DNA of 64,000 bases from Epiperipatus broadwayi (GCA_028023455.1 JAQFVV010000007.1:9424001-9488000); one strand, 5' to 3'. Positions 9,751 to 23,531 are shown, counted from the stretch's first letter. Numbers and translations are program-made. Notes: a model not told the origin generated them from the letters alone.

Positions 9751-11564
9751 TTGGGTAATAGTATGAATACTGAACCCTACCATCTGATGGCGCTCTTTTT
9801 CACCCAATTCACATCAATATACCGATTCACAGGCTGTCTGTTTGCTTACATAATATTATGCTAAAATTTTTTTTTTTAGCCAGTTTTTAATTTTTTTTTG
9901 TCGGCAATGGTAAACCACCAAATTTTTTTTTATTCCTCCCAGGGGGGGGGAGGTTAATAAACAAATACTTTGTTTTTAGATGGTCTAGGGGTGTTGGTTT
10001 GTTTGTAAATTAACGACTAACTGTCTGTAGGTTTCTTTACATAATATTACTTATGGTAAACCAAATTTTTTTTCCACACAGTTTTTTTTTTTTGTTTCGT
10101 TTTTTTTAAGAAACAAACACTTTGTTTTTAGATGGTGTAGGGGTGTGGATTTGCTTTTAAATTACCGATTAATGCTCCGTCAGTTTGTTTACACAAAAAT
10201 ACAGTAACAAACACTTTGTTGCTTTTAGATGGTGGGGGTGGGGGTTGGTTGTTTGCTTTTAACTTATCTTTTTTTTTTTTTGGTTGATGTTTTGATTTGC
10301 TGAAAGGCTTCAACAATTCGATACTTTTGAATAAACCAACATTTGTTTTTTAGAAAGGGGGGGAGAGAGGGGTTGTTTTGATTTTTAATTGTCATCTTTT
10401 TTTTTTAATTTATTACAAGGCTTTTTTTAAAAAAAATCTTTACACTACAGAAAGCTTCATATGATAGCGAAAAGTTCTTCCTTAATTTTTTGGGCCTTCA
10501 ATTTTAAAAAAAGACATAAACAGTTCATTTTTAAAGAACACTTTTTTTTTAAGCTGAGGAAGGTGGGGTGGCGGGGAAGATTTGTTTTTATTTTTAATTA
10601 TCAACTTCTTTTTGGATTTTCTTTTTGAACATTTTATTATGTTACCACACAATTTTATTTTTATTTTTATTTTTTTTGGTGGGGCCTTTTGAATAAACTC
10701 TTAAACACTTCTTTTTTTTTTTTGTATAATAAAATATTATTTACCTACTTTATAATATTTTGTGAACAACAAAAACAACAAGTTTCCCCATAAAATAATT
10801 TATTGAATCAAAAAGAAATGAAACTTTGGACAAGTTGTGAAGCAAAACAAGAAAAAAAAAACATTTACGAGGACATAAAAAACAGCAGCCAAAAGTAACA
10901 CACAAATAAAATAACAGGAAAGCTTCAAAGCTGTAATGGGATTTTGGAGCTTTCAAACCAACTTCCCTTACTCAGACCTACATAGGTACGCTTGAGTTTC
11001 TCTTTCTAGGAAAACACAATATTGTGCACCCACTTGTGTGGCGAGCTGGCAATTCACTCAGCTTCAACCAATTCGGACAACTTGCAGATAATATTTGACA
11101 GTTCTCACATGGATTTGTGTATGAACGGGCATTTGTGTGCAAAATTGAAAAACACTCTGCTGAAAAGAAGAATCTTTTCAAGTTGTGTGCAGTTCAAAAG
11201 CATAGAGAAGCATGTGTGATGACATGACAATTCTTAATATGGAATACTAATTCCACTACGCTTTCTAAAAAAATTCTGTCAATGAATTTTTGCAGAGTTG
11301 TCTCTTTCAAATATGGCCACCATAAAATCAGACCATAGCGAGAGTTCAAGAGTGCTCACTTAATAAATACTGTCAATGCAATGGGCATAGTATTTTGTTA
11401 TGTAATCGTAAAATACATTGCCCGCAGGCAGCCTTTTATGGCTCAAAAAACTCCTCTTGTACTGTCAGCCATAAGATAATGCCACTAAAATTGTATATTG
11501 ATGTGTGTTTTGTGAAAAACAGTGCCATCCTATGGTAGGGTTCAGTATTCATACTATTATCCAA
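9751..11564. mobile_element. ~1.8 kb TIR-bounded element of unassigned superfamily
   Basis: ~70-bp inverted termini (ttgggtaatagtatgaatactgaaccctaccat... and ...atggtagggttcagtattcatactattatccaa). The interior is low-complexity tandem sequence plus a decayed, more GC-rich stretch. Confidence 0.65.
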
Positions 11565-12496
11565 ACGATATAAATTAATGATAATATTAATACTGCTTCA
11601 AACAGAAAAAAAAAAATTAAAACATTAAGCAATTTCAATGCTGAAGACCCCTGTCAAAGGTAATCATTATATTCAAAATAAAAATGGAAATACAAAATTA
11701 TACATTTAAGCGAACATCTTCCAAAATGCGCTTAACTGTACACTAATTTGATTTTATATTCATCACTCAATCTTTATTATTAATTATTCAAATTTCTTTA
11801 ATTTTATACATCCTATCATTATATTCAGCACTGACAAAATTGGTTTAAAAACATGACCAAGTATTTTTTTAAATTCTAAAAATACAATGCTTAATAATTT
11901 GTAATAGTTTGAGATTATAACTTTTGCCCTTAGCATAACAGGTAATTGAAATACTCTCTAACCTCAACATTAAGACAATCATTTTTACAAGAAATTAGAC
12001 TACCTTCTCTTGTTACTACATTTTATTATGAGTTGTCTGAAATACTTAGGCTAGAAAAAATGAATATTAAATCAATAATATAATTTATTTTAAAGATATT
12101 TTAAATTTCTGTTATTATTAATTGACAAGACTAGGAGTTTTCTCAATTTAAATATTATCAACTCTGTTTCAATCAATCAAAATATGTAGTATAACAGAGG
12201 TGTCTAATCTGTAGTCTAAGGACCACATGTGTTCCAGGTTATCTATGAATGTTGCCCAATGGAGAAAGAGAAACTTATTTAAAACATTATGAGATATTTT
12301 TGTGATTATATATTACAAATTGATTACAACAAACATACACGTGCACTCATATACAAGGTCAAATATGCAAATAATTTTATGTTTCCCTCTTTTACTTTTA
12401 TTTTAAAAAGCATTAATAAATATTTTAGTATTCAGATATGTAGATTTTCTGTATTAGTTATCATAAACTTGGAACCTGCTTAATGATTTTAAAAGA

Positions 12497-12670
12497 CACA
12501 GAGGCCAAACTCACCATACAGTAGCACAACTCAGTGTAGGCCAGAGTAATCAATGAATGAAAGAAGGTTTGTGCATAAAATCCCTATCTAGGGTCACTAT
12601 ATGGAGAGTTTAGCCTCTGCATAAACAGCTTGTGTAAGTATAAAGAATGCGGATCATGTGATGTTTAGTG
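12497..12670. mobile_element. Family F1 mini-palindrome (3' terminal segment plus inverted copy, no ribozyme)
   Basis: cacagaggccaaactcaccatacagtag... is followed by ...actatatggagagtttagcctctg and then the reverse complement of the 6860-6910 segment. Confidence 0.75.
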
Positions 12671-13704
12671 ATTTTAGAAAATTTTCCAAATGGATTGATG
12701 CCTAATTAAGATAATTTTCTATGGACTTTATTGCTTATCCATGGTAGCACAAAAATTATGCACAGATCTTTTATTTTTATGTATTTAATGTGTGGCCAAA
12801 ACAACCATTACTTTTTCCAATATGATCTAGAGATGTAAAAGGTTGGATATCACTGTAATATTATATACATTCAGTGCTTAATAATATATAAGTTTGAGAT
12901 TATAACTCATGTCACTGATGCAATAGGTAATTGAACTACTTTCTATCCCCAGCATAAGAATAATTGAATTGTCTTCATACATTATTTCATTTTATTATAT
13001 AAAAATTAAACATTTAAGCTAGAAAGGATGAATATTAAATCCAATCATACTTTTTATTTAATAAAAGATTCACATTTGTAAACATAAAATCATATAATAT
13101 CAATTGTATTACCAAAAGTACTCTCTCTTCAAACTCTTAATCTTATAGACATGTTCTTACTAATTTAATTTAATGGTAACCATCCAAGGTTATTGGCTTA
13201 AAAAATATTTATAAATCAGATTCAATTAAAGAATATCTAACAATAAAAAGGAGAGTGTTTTTGAGCAGACCTCATTCCTGGATTACAGATTATATTAGAT
13301 GGGCATTAGTTCAATCCTTCATGATTAGGTACAAGCTGCTATCAAAATTCAGTCATAAACTATCTGCAAAGAGCTCATGATAAAGATCATATATTTATAC
13401 TTTAAACATAACTTGCAAAATGGTGTTTCAGCTCTTTAGAAAAACTGAATGTGACATTAAATTTATCTTTACCAAGGTTGTCCAAAAAATAGATACAATG
13501 TTAGACTTTTGTCACTGCCTTTAGCATATTTTAACAAACTGACAATATTGCACCTGTCAGATTTAGAAAACTTATTGAAAACTACTTATAAAACCCCATG
13601 TCTCTACACAATATCTTTTGCCATGAAAAGCCAAAAAAGATCACCACACTAAAGAATTTATGATCCATATCAATCCACTTGGTATAAAAGTGCTAGAGTC
13701 TGTA

Positions 13705-13810
13705 ATCAGCCACTAAACATCACATGATCACCATTCATTATGCTTACCCAAGCTGTTTACTCTGATTTGCCCTAAGTGATGCTACTGTATAGAGAGTTTA
13801 GCCTTTGTGT
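13705..13810. mobile_element. Family F1 fragment with inversion
   Basis: aaacatcacatgatcacc... (as at 6860) joined to ...ctactgtatagagagtttagcctttgtg (reverse complement of the F1 terminus). Confidence 0.6.
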
Positions 13811-15379
13811 AATAAATGAGAAGTTAACACTGTTTCCAGATCTTATCTATGCATAATATCAAATCTCTTATTAAGAAGGAAATATGGATTATCTCACTGG
13901 ACTCCCCTCCCATTATTTTCATACTATTTCATTCTTCAAGGTTCCGCATTATGTGGCCTTCTATATACCATATACATTAGATCTCCGATCAGAGCAATGG
14001 AAAACAAATTAAATGGAATTTGTATTCTTTATTTAAAAGCCAATACTTTATATATTGTTTACATGATAACATATCAGTGTTTTCTGATCCCACAATTACT
14101 AAAATTACTCACTGATTACATCAATAAATTAAAGATAGTTTTTAATATAGAAAAATACGTTCAGCGATATGCATTACAGAATATTTTTAAAATGAGCATA
14201 GTCTCTCATTTGGTTCCATTTTCATCTGGTTCATATGGCAATGAGAGCATTAATTAAAAAAAAATGTAAAACTAGAAATACAAAATATAGTTAACTTGCT
14301 ATCAAAATCTTACTTCTCATTCTATGCAAAAATGTCCCTATTTAATATCTTAGCCATGACAAGAATTATGTATTACATCCTGATAATAGTGTATAAATAG
14401 CATTTGCCAATCATATATGTTAATTTTGCTGAAAATTGCTGTGAAGCAAAAAACAAACATTTTCACTAAAAGTACTCTAATATTCTCTGTCACAAAATGA
14501 TTTGACTTTACACGATCTTCACATATTCAAAAAGAAAACTTTCAACATTATGCTCAAGTCTTTTTAAACTTAAAAACACTTTGCACATTTTTTTTACAGG
14601 CAGACCACCTTCATATACACAAAAATTTGAGAACTTTACTTACACCATTGTTGGCCATCCAGAATATCAATTTCTATTCCACCAAAAAACAAATTCAACT
14701 ATTGGTTAGTCCACATACTACTATATTCTTCTTTAAAGTATAATCATAAACCCATAATAAATATAAAAAATAATCAACTATGCTGCAAATTTAAATTCTG
14801 GTCTCTGGATTCTAAATACTGTACTTCAATTTTTTCTAAAAAGTAAACCATGAATGACTTACTATTTTGTATTTCTTTAAATTCAAAAGATGTTTTCAAA
14901 ATACATACTATCTGCATTCAGTCTATTACAAAAAGTCTGAAACACAACATCATCTATTTTTCATTTGCCTACTTTTAATTAATTAATTAATTAAAAAGAA
15001 AGGATTTTCCTTTTCACATATGCATCTTAATAATTTATATAATAGCTCAATGATGTCATGTTGAGTATAGGGGGAACTCTCAAACCCAAACACAAGATAG
15101 AGATGTTATAAAGATAAGGGCAGCTGTCTTATCTTTAACCTAAGTTCTTAATTATGTAGGCCAATCTTATCTCAGCACTTCTCAAGAATAAAAAATCTAA
15201 AGTCAGTCATTTATTTGAATCCCTTTCTAAGTATACTTTTTCAGATATCATGGTCAGCATGTTCATCCTGTAAGCACTGTGAGGTACAAGATGCACTTTT
15301 ATATAACAGCAATCCTAATACATTTGTTAACAAATTAGAACTTTTTCATCACAGAGTTAAGAAAGTTGCTCATCATATT

Positions 15380-16053
15380 ATGTTCATGAACACTTGGTCT
15401 CAAACCTGACTATCATCAAGCCTCTCATGTAGCATGTTCATGAACACTTGGTATTAAATGTGTCTATCATCAAGCCTCTAATTTAACATGTTCATGGACA
15501 CTTGATTTCAAATGTATCTATCATCAAACCTCTAATGTAACATGTACATTTGGTCTCAAATGTGTCTATCATCAAGTCTATAAATGTAACATGTTCATGG
15601 ACTTGGTCTCAAATGTTTTTATCAGCAAGCCTCTAATGTAATATGTTCATTTACATATGTGTCCATTATTAAGCTTCACATGTTTATGGACACTTGGTCC
15701 TAAATGTGTCTATCATCAAACCTTTAATGTAACATATTTATTGACACTTGGTCTCACATACATCTATCATCAAGCTCTAATGTAACATGTTTGTGAATAC
15801 TTGGTCTCAAATGTGTCTATCATCAAGACCAATGTAACATTTTCATGAATATGCAGTCTCAAATGTGACTATCATCAAGCATTTAATGTAATATGTTCAC
15901 AGATACTTGGTCTCAAATGTATCTATCATCAAGCCTTGAATGTAACATGTTCATGGAAACTTGGTTTAAAATTTTCTATCATCAAGCTTCTAATGTAACA
16001 TGTTCCTGGACACTTGGTCTCAAATATGTCTATCATCAAGCCTTTAATGTGAT
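15380..16053. repeat. 54-bp minisatellite, 13 diverged copies
   Basis: Consensus atgttcatggacacttggtctcaaatgtgtctatcatcaagcctctaatgtaac, head-to-tail with no unique spacers; some copies have deletions. Confidence 0.95.
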
Positions 16054-18559
16054 ACAGTAAACTCTAATCAGATTATGAGACTATAACTTCCAATGGGGGA
16101 AAATCTTCAAAAGATGTCAGCCAACATAATATGTATTATTTCATTTACATGTAATATCTTATTTAAATCCTGTGAGCCACATGTAACTAATCATGGAAAA
16201 AGTTTATTTCTATTTTTCATACTACATTTGTATTGTATTTTGTATCCAACTGCTTTGCATGTGTAGAAAGAAAAAAACAAGCCAAATTAAATACAATAAA
16301 ATCTTTTTAAAATGTTGGATGATGATAATAATAATTTAATTAAATTTAGTACACATTTTACATCAAAGCAAAAATGCACAGTCAGTATTATTCACTAAAT
16401 ATTTGCAGAGTTTTTTTTTGTACTGTAGTGCTAAATTTTGCATTATTTGGTTTAAAATAGTAGCAGCACTAAAATATCTATTATATAGACTAAGTAGTCA
16501 TATTAGAACAGAATTTTTTAAGATTTCACTTTTAATATTTGTAATGATATGCTCTGATGCCCTTGTATGCTTTACTTTTATTTTTAAAATATTGTTTAGC
16601 ATCATGTCTCATATTTATTTTACCTTATGCAACTTTCTTTAAGAATATCTTACCATTGAAGATTCATCTTTTGCATAGGGAATTGATATCACGTATTACT
16701 TCATAAATATATCTTTTTTTAAATGTATATTTTTTACAATGCTAATTTATAGTTTAATTTACAAGAGTTCCAAATTGCAGAATTATAAAACGGATGAAAC
16801 CATGTGTATAAAATAAATATATACGTTTTTTTTTTAACATTTTACTGTTTCTTGGAATAAAATCCATTATTTTGTAGTAAAACAATATACTAGATATTGT
16901 TACTAAATGTTCCATTTTCACCAATTCGATATGTCCCAAATCTTTTGTAACTTATATTAGAGCCAAAATATGTATTGCAGCATATTAATCCAATACTTAG
17001 TGTCATCCTTCTCTCCAATACCATTTCTTGTTTCAATTTCAAATGTCAAATACACCTTTTTCACAGATCATACCATTGAGTATGGTAATCTGTTAGATTT
17101 ATCCATCCAGAGATCTATGATTTTTTCTGCCAGTTTTTAAAACTTAAACCAAATTCAAAAACATCATGCTACTCAATAATGGTTGAAATTTCTTTTCAAT
17201 TTATTACAGGGTACAGTTCCACTCAAATGTTGTTTAATGATAAATTGAAGCTAAGTTTTGAACCTAAATGTGTTTCTGCAATAATTATCCAGAAGAAATG
17301 CTACATCTTTATCAAACTTACTCACACTTCTCATCTCTATTCCTACTTATGCTTCATTAGCATACAACCAACATCGAGCAATTACTTGAAATATATATAA
17401 TACTTTCAGCCCTATAACACATATGTATATATTACACACTAAGAATTATGGGGCTTACATGCTGCTCCATAATATTTTACAATAAAAAAATATAATGTAC
17501 TCAAAAGGATTAACAAGGAATGGTTCAACTCATTCCTATACTTTTTCAAATTTTTACTCCGGAAAATCAGACCAAAGTTTGACAATCTACAATCTACCTC
17601 AGTTGTGCACTCTCATAGTTTAAAACTTTATTTTCATTAACACTGCCCATCAAATTATTCTTGAAAATAAATCTCTGTACCCTTCATCAGTTTAATCATC
17701 ATGAATATGCAATATGAGAGTATAACATGCTTTAAATTTTCATCACACTTCTATAGGGTTAAATAACTTATAATATGATCTGCACCATTATAGTTGTGGT
17801 TTCATTATGCTTTTGCCCATGACATATAAATTTATTCTATTAAAAATACAATTATATTTGTATATAATTGGTTATCAATAAAGTTTTTTAATTAAAAAAA
17901 TGTTCCATTATTATTAAAAATAATAATTCAGTCTTTATGACCTTCTTTCTTTGGAATACTTTTTGAGAATTGTATGTAATTAAACTTACTTGTATAAGTT
18001 AACAAAAAGTTTAGATTTTGTAGCTAATTATTCCAATGTATAAATATATAAAGTGTGCTAAAATGCACAAACACACAAAGCTGAAGACAAAGAAATCTTA
18101 ATACTGTAGATCGATATAAACTAAATATATGTATCCAAGTATGTGGCTAAGCCTTTTGAGAGCTGAGGTCCACATATTCATAGCCATTCTTGTAAATAAA
18201 TAGGTTGGTTAAGAGCGATGCAAATTTATGTAAATGAGATAGTTAAGTATTCCATTTCCTGGAGATCTTATAACAAGAATCTAAGCTTCCTTTATTTTTT
18301 TCTTAAGATCATGTTGCTATCTGCAGACAACCATTGGGTCTTTAGGTTGGCAATCATAACCAGCTGAGCTGTGGTGCTACACAAAAACTGAACTACAAGA
18401 AGGGTCTGTTATTGCTTTATTATAAGAGTATGTGTGTTGAGATAGCCGAGTGGATAGAGAGGCTCTGGTCTCACCATAATATTATGTCATACAGATTAGA
18501 TAATGTTATGGTACAACATTTTTAACATTAATTTCTATATAGCTTTTAGGCATCAATCT

Positions 18560-19150
18560 TGAATCTTTTGATATCAGATTGCAAAATTTTATGATTTCCA
18601 AAATTGGTAGTAGTTTTATACAATTTAATATCCACTCAAAACAAAGAATATTAGTGTCAACTGAACACTGTTCTATATCCAAATAATAAGCTAATAAAAG
18701 TAGTGGTCCAAGTATGTTTCCTTGAGGTACTCCAGCAGTGCTGAAGTATATATATGGTCTTATATAACCATAAGAAATAAAATCAGGTCTATTTGAAATG
18801 AGAGATACAAACCACTGCAGAACTTGACAAGTAATCCCAATTATATGTCATTTAGAAATCAACCAGGAATGATACACATTGTGAAAATCTTTTGTCGCAG
18901 TCAAGTGTCAACCACATTTGCAATAGCATCTTGAATATGTAATAAATGGGTATTAACAAATCTATCTGGTATAGAACAATGTATTTTAGGTAAAAATCCA
19001 AATACTTCATCTATTATCTTATTATATATACATTTTTCAAAACATTTTCCAGCTTTATATAATAATAAAAAGGTCTACAATTAGCAATATTATTTGATTT
19101 AGATTTCAGTATTGCTATAACTTTCCAACTTTCCATGAATTGGGGAAATG
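18560..19150 (-). mobile_element. CR1/L2-type LINE reverse transcriptase remnant
   Basis: Minus frames give IAILKSKSNNIANCRP, GKCFEKCIYNKI, TAGVPQGNILGPLLL and DIKLYK...ILQSD, with stops and frameshifts. Confidence 0.8.
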
Positions 19151-19230
19151 ACTCTGCACAAAGAGATATTAATGATATAACTAAGTACTGGAATTAACAG
19201 TTCAGCACATCTTTTGTACTTCTATACCTA

Positions 19231-19305
19231 TAGCAATAGTAGTAGTAGCAGTAGTGGCAAAACAGTGGCAGTAGTAGTGATAGTAGTAGTAGTAGCAGTA
19301 ATAGC

Positions 19306-19373
<68 letters not shown>

Positions 19374-19388
19374 CAGCAGCAGCAGCAG
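19231..19388. repeat. (GTA)n/(GCA)n microsatellite
   Basis: Long AGT run grading into AGC; it is the source of the spurious poly-Val ORF. Confidence 0.95.
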
Positions 19389-19557
19389 ATTGTCTCATGA
19401 AGCCAAAAGTGGAATTGTTTTTAGTTTAATAATTGCAATCAAATAACCTCTGAAGACAGTTATAAATGTATATTTATTTAAAGATTTTTATTGATTTAAA
19501 GAGTTAAACAGTGAAATATAATAGAATTTTTTCATGACATAGTTTAGATAGTTGCAG

Positions 19558-19945
19558 GCATGATGTAACCAAGCAACAAACAAAATTAATAGTGCAATCT
19601 GAAAACATACCATCTGGTAATGTTTTTCTGAACCACACTGAGCAAAAGTGGAAGGATAATTTAGGGTATACTCCAGCTGATACAAGAATTGTAAGTTGTA
19701 AACATAATAAATTTTCACATAAAATATTTATCTCTGACTTGTACCTTTCACATCTTCTAGACTATTAAAAACAATCCTAATGATTTATTGTGGGGAATAC
19801 AAGTACTATTGATATGCTAGATGGCATGGTTACAACTTGCAGGGAAAGTTTGAATTGGTTATTGCCTGATAGCATCATAGCTGAAATGTTATCTAGATTA
19901 CAACCCCCAAAAAGAACATTATATTTCAATGTTTAAATCTATAAG
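19558..19945 (+). pseudogene. Two exon-like segments with a 70-bp canonical intron; unidentified, probably a pseudogene
   Basis: ttgcag|19558-19690 is open (HDVTKQQ...GYTPADTRI)|gtaagt. The intron has ctctgac and a pyrimidine tract and ends cttctag. 19761-19945 stays in phase to aag|gtcagt but has three in-frame stops. Confidence 0.4.
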
Positions 19946-20010
19946 GTCAGTGAAAATATTTAAATTAGTAATCAAATATTTACTTCATTAGCATGTAATC
20001 TATAACATGT

Positions 20011-20210
20011 ATATGTGCTTTGTGCACAGATGATGAAGTTTGTAAAAGCAAATAATACTCTGTAATTTAATGAGCTGAGTGCTTTCAGAAGGCTTTATGC
20101 TTCCATAATCATAGCTACTAGCATAAAGCCTTCCGAAAGTACTTAGCTCATTAAATTGCAGAGTATTATTTGCTTTTACAAACTTCATTATTTGCGTGTA
20201 AAGCACATAT
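20011..20210. repeat. Long near-perfect palindrome (~90-bp arms, ~18-bp loop)
   Basis: atatgtgcttt...gaaggctttatgct pairs with agcataaagccttc...aaagcacatat. Confidence 0.92.
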
Positions 20211-21379
20211 GTATATTAAATTAATAATTGTAAAACTCATTGTAGAATCTTGTTTGATTACGAATATTCAAAGAAGTTTTTATAGACTTGAAGAATCATA
20301 ACTTTTCTGAAATCAATATTAAACACTTTTGTGAGTTAATTAAGATGTAAACAAATGAATGTGAGGAATTTTTCCAGGTAAATCACTATAGAAATATTTT
20401 TAACAATAATGATGCTGGGTAACCACTAACTGAAATTGACATTCCAAAACTAAATCGCTTGCTCTAGTAGTAATCAATCGCAATTGTTTGTTAACAAGTA
20501 ATTGCCACTGAGAAATTTTATAATGAAGTTCTTATGCATATTCTGTTATATTATCACTCAAATAACACTCATTTTTCAGCAACTTAACTTATGACATAAA
20601 ATTAATTATTTATTAAACTTGTTAGAGCTCAGTAAAGACAATAAATATCTAGATTCTTACATTAGTGATTTTATATAAAGTAATTGAAATTGTTTTGAAA
20701 TCAACAACTTTGTTTACATAAGCATTGAAAAACTTCATTTTAAGTATCAACGTCTGAAATGAATAAACATTTGCTTTGGTATACCTTTTTGCATCAGTGT
20801 ATAAATACATAATGACACTGTCCTAGTTCACAAATAAATATTTTTATAATATATCATCAGAATCATTCCAACCTTAAAGTATTCATGGTTGATTAGTGTA
20901 GGTTTAAAAAATTTCAACAAAATAAGATTATATTTGTAATTACATGTTGAACTATTTCCTTCGTATATAATTAATTGTTAAATGTTTTCAGAAAAATTCA
21001 AACAGTTATTTATTCTTTTCAAATGCATTCAACTATTGGTAATTATGTGGAGGTTAGTATATTACATAATACTTTGAGTGCTATTATTCTTTCTTCTTCA
21101 AGTGTTGCTGGCTTGACCATGGAAATTGAACCTGAAATCTTCAGATTCATTTATTTTGGATTTAAGAGGATTCTGTAATCAACTAGACTATTCAGTTAAA
21201 GATAACAATTAATAGAAATTTGCTATATTTAACTATAAGCATCCTCACTTTTCTTCTTCTTTTTTTTAAATATATAGTTAAAGACTCAAAAATTATGAAT
21301 TGTCACACTAGATAATATGTGGTGTTATTTGCAATTATCATCTGAGCAGCTTTTTAATTATTTTTTTACTTTTTACCTT

Positions 21380-22620
21380 GGGCTTTGATATGTATACAAT
21401 TAATTTGTCATTTGAATTTGTTGATTGAATTAAAGAAGCATTCCTTGAAACAAATTTTAAAGTTGCTGCCCTTGACATTGCTGAGCTTAATGGCTTTACC
21501 GATAGAAAAGCATCTATTGCGATTATCAGTAATGAGTTAAAAATAGGGACTTCTATCCACATGTGTCAAATTCATCATTAACTTCCTCACATGGTTTGAT
21601 GAGAACATCCTAGCAGTATTTGAGGGGAAATGGTTTTGTATGGGGAGTGGTTGGCCCATGGGGCTCATTATGAGTGGGATTATTTATAGTATCATGCTCA
21701 ACCACTATGAAAAACAAATTATGCCCAAATACTACAACACACCTAATATAGTCTACACTCAATACATAGATATTTTTATTGGCTCCAAAAAACATAATTA
21801 ACAACATTCACAATGACCTCCAATTGCTACAAAATTAATCTTAAATGTTACATCGGAAGATGTAAAGCATGAGGTCAAATATCTTGACATTCAAATTCAA
21901 AGAAACCAACTACCAATTGACTATAGAATGATACTTAAACCACCAGAAATTAGAGGCCATGTCCATACTAGTTCGAAATGCACCATAGACCCACAAGTTG
22001 GCAGCTTTGTCTTCATTGCTTTTTAGAAATCATCACTTATGTAAATTCAAGGCTGACAAGAAGAATAATTTGATGCAATTTGTGTCAGACCTGGAGAACA
22101 TGGGATACAAATGTGGACTTATCAATAGAAAGGTTAAACAATTTTACCACAAGCTTAGATTCAACCTAGTTATAGAAAATAAACAATGGATTCTGCTATC
22201 ATAAATATCCTTTGCAATGATTTTGAAGTAGGCTTTCATTCATCACCAACTACTAATAGATTACTCAACAATGCAAAGGACCTAATTACACCTGAACTAA
22301 TCTCCCACATCGTGTACAAGATGACTTGCCCCCAATGAAGATGCCAAGCAACAAACTACAGCAAAACTAAGGCAAATATTGCCACTAGAGTATCGCAACA
22401 TCAATACATATACCACAAAATGTGAACTAATGCCAAACACAGCTCAATATTTGTAGAGCATGAAAGGGTCACTGACTACAACTTCCAACCACTTTCAGTC
22501 GAGACAATGTGCACAGAGCACAACAATGCAAAGTGAAGGAGCAGATGATCCCAAAGCAATCAACTGAAGAGACACCTGCTTTACTATCTCTAAAAAGTGA
22601 ACCATTTAAACATTATTGAA
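21380..22620 (+). mobile_element. Penelope-like element remnant (RT + GIY-YIG endonuclease)
   Basis: Plus frames give FKVAALDIAEL, VFEGKWFCMGSGWPMG...MLNHYEKQIM...YTQYIDIF, EVKYLDIQIQ...YRMILKPP and SHIVYKMTCPQ..CQATNYSKTKANIATRVSQH. These match PLE RT motifs and the VY.I.C..C...YIG.T....R..EH endonuclease motif; stops and frameshifts are present. Confidence 0.8.
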
Positions 22621-23289
22621 TAAATTTACATACATCACTGTGATATTCACTAACTACTAGTGGAAAAAATTTTGAATATGGGAACAGAGAATTATTGAAA
22701 GCGCTTGACTTATCAATTGTTATGTATAGCTTCATTAAGTGTGTATAAAATGCAAGCTTAGTATTATATTAACCTATGTATTCTATATGATAGAAATAGC
22801 TCAATATATTAAAAAGTGCAACCACCACAAACTTATAAAAATAGTTACTAAAATGTGATGTAGTAGGCACGAAAACAAAATACAATTAATTCATTTAGTT
22901 TAGAAAATGTTTATAAATGTGAGATAAATTTTTAAAGTAATTAAATTAAAAAAAGCCAGAAATTCAATCTAAAAGAGAGAAATTGATGCAAACGTTTCTG
23001 AGATTTAAAATTATAAATTCAGATCTGAATTGTTCTAATTTATCGCTTGTGTTGGTTTAAATCAAAAATTCAGGTCCTGATTTTACAATTCTAGTACATA
23101 AAAACTAATGTTTATTAAATCCTGAAACATTTTAAAGGTTAGTAAATGCTGTGTTCGTATATTCCGTTGCTGAAAATTGTTTTCAGATTGATAAATAAAT
23201 GAGACAGAAATAAAGTAACACCAAAACATATATATCATTTATTTATAGTAATAAAATATTTAATATTTAAATGCAAGTATATTGTCTAT

Positions 23290-23531
23290 GAAGAGTTGGA
23301 GGGTGGAGAACTTGTCCATTAAAGTTTCAAATTTCCTATCTTAATATAAATTGAGGACTGATTATGTATGGGAGATTATGATTTGGGCCAAGTGATGAGT
23401 GCTAATTCAGCATGAATTACAAATATTGGATATCATTTATCTTTTTTACATATATGTGGTCATGTGTATCGATTGTATAGGATGGAGTGGATAGGGAGCT
23501 TGAAAGTCTAAGTTCAAATCGCTTCTAATTA
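23290..23531 (+). mobile_element. Family F2 copy with decayed hammerhead
   Basis: CCAA GTGATGA GTGCT-AATTC-AGCAT GAAT TACAAA TA TTGG; ends gttcaaatcgcttctaatt. Confidence 0.8.

Noticed and set aside
9840-10980. ORFs at 10128-10316 and 10750-10956
   Set aside because: Homopolymer-rich, low-complexity and possibly error-prone sequence; no recognisable domain.
15380-16053. CRISPR array or coding repeat (one consensus frame reads CSWTLGLKCVYHQASNVT)
   Set aside because: Units are contiguous with no unique spacers and there are no cas genes. Several copies have TGA in that frame or frame-breaking deletions. It is a minisatellite.
19214-19429. Poly-Val/Ser/Ala ORF
   Set aside because: Translation of a (GTA)n/(GCA)n microsatellite.
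19761-19945. Alternative genetic code or stop-codon recoding
   Set aside because: All three stop types and frameshifts occur in clearly dead sequences throughout the window (HECT relic, LINEs); ordinary decay is sufficient.
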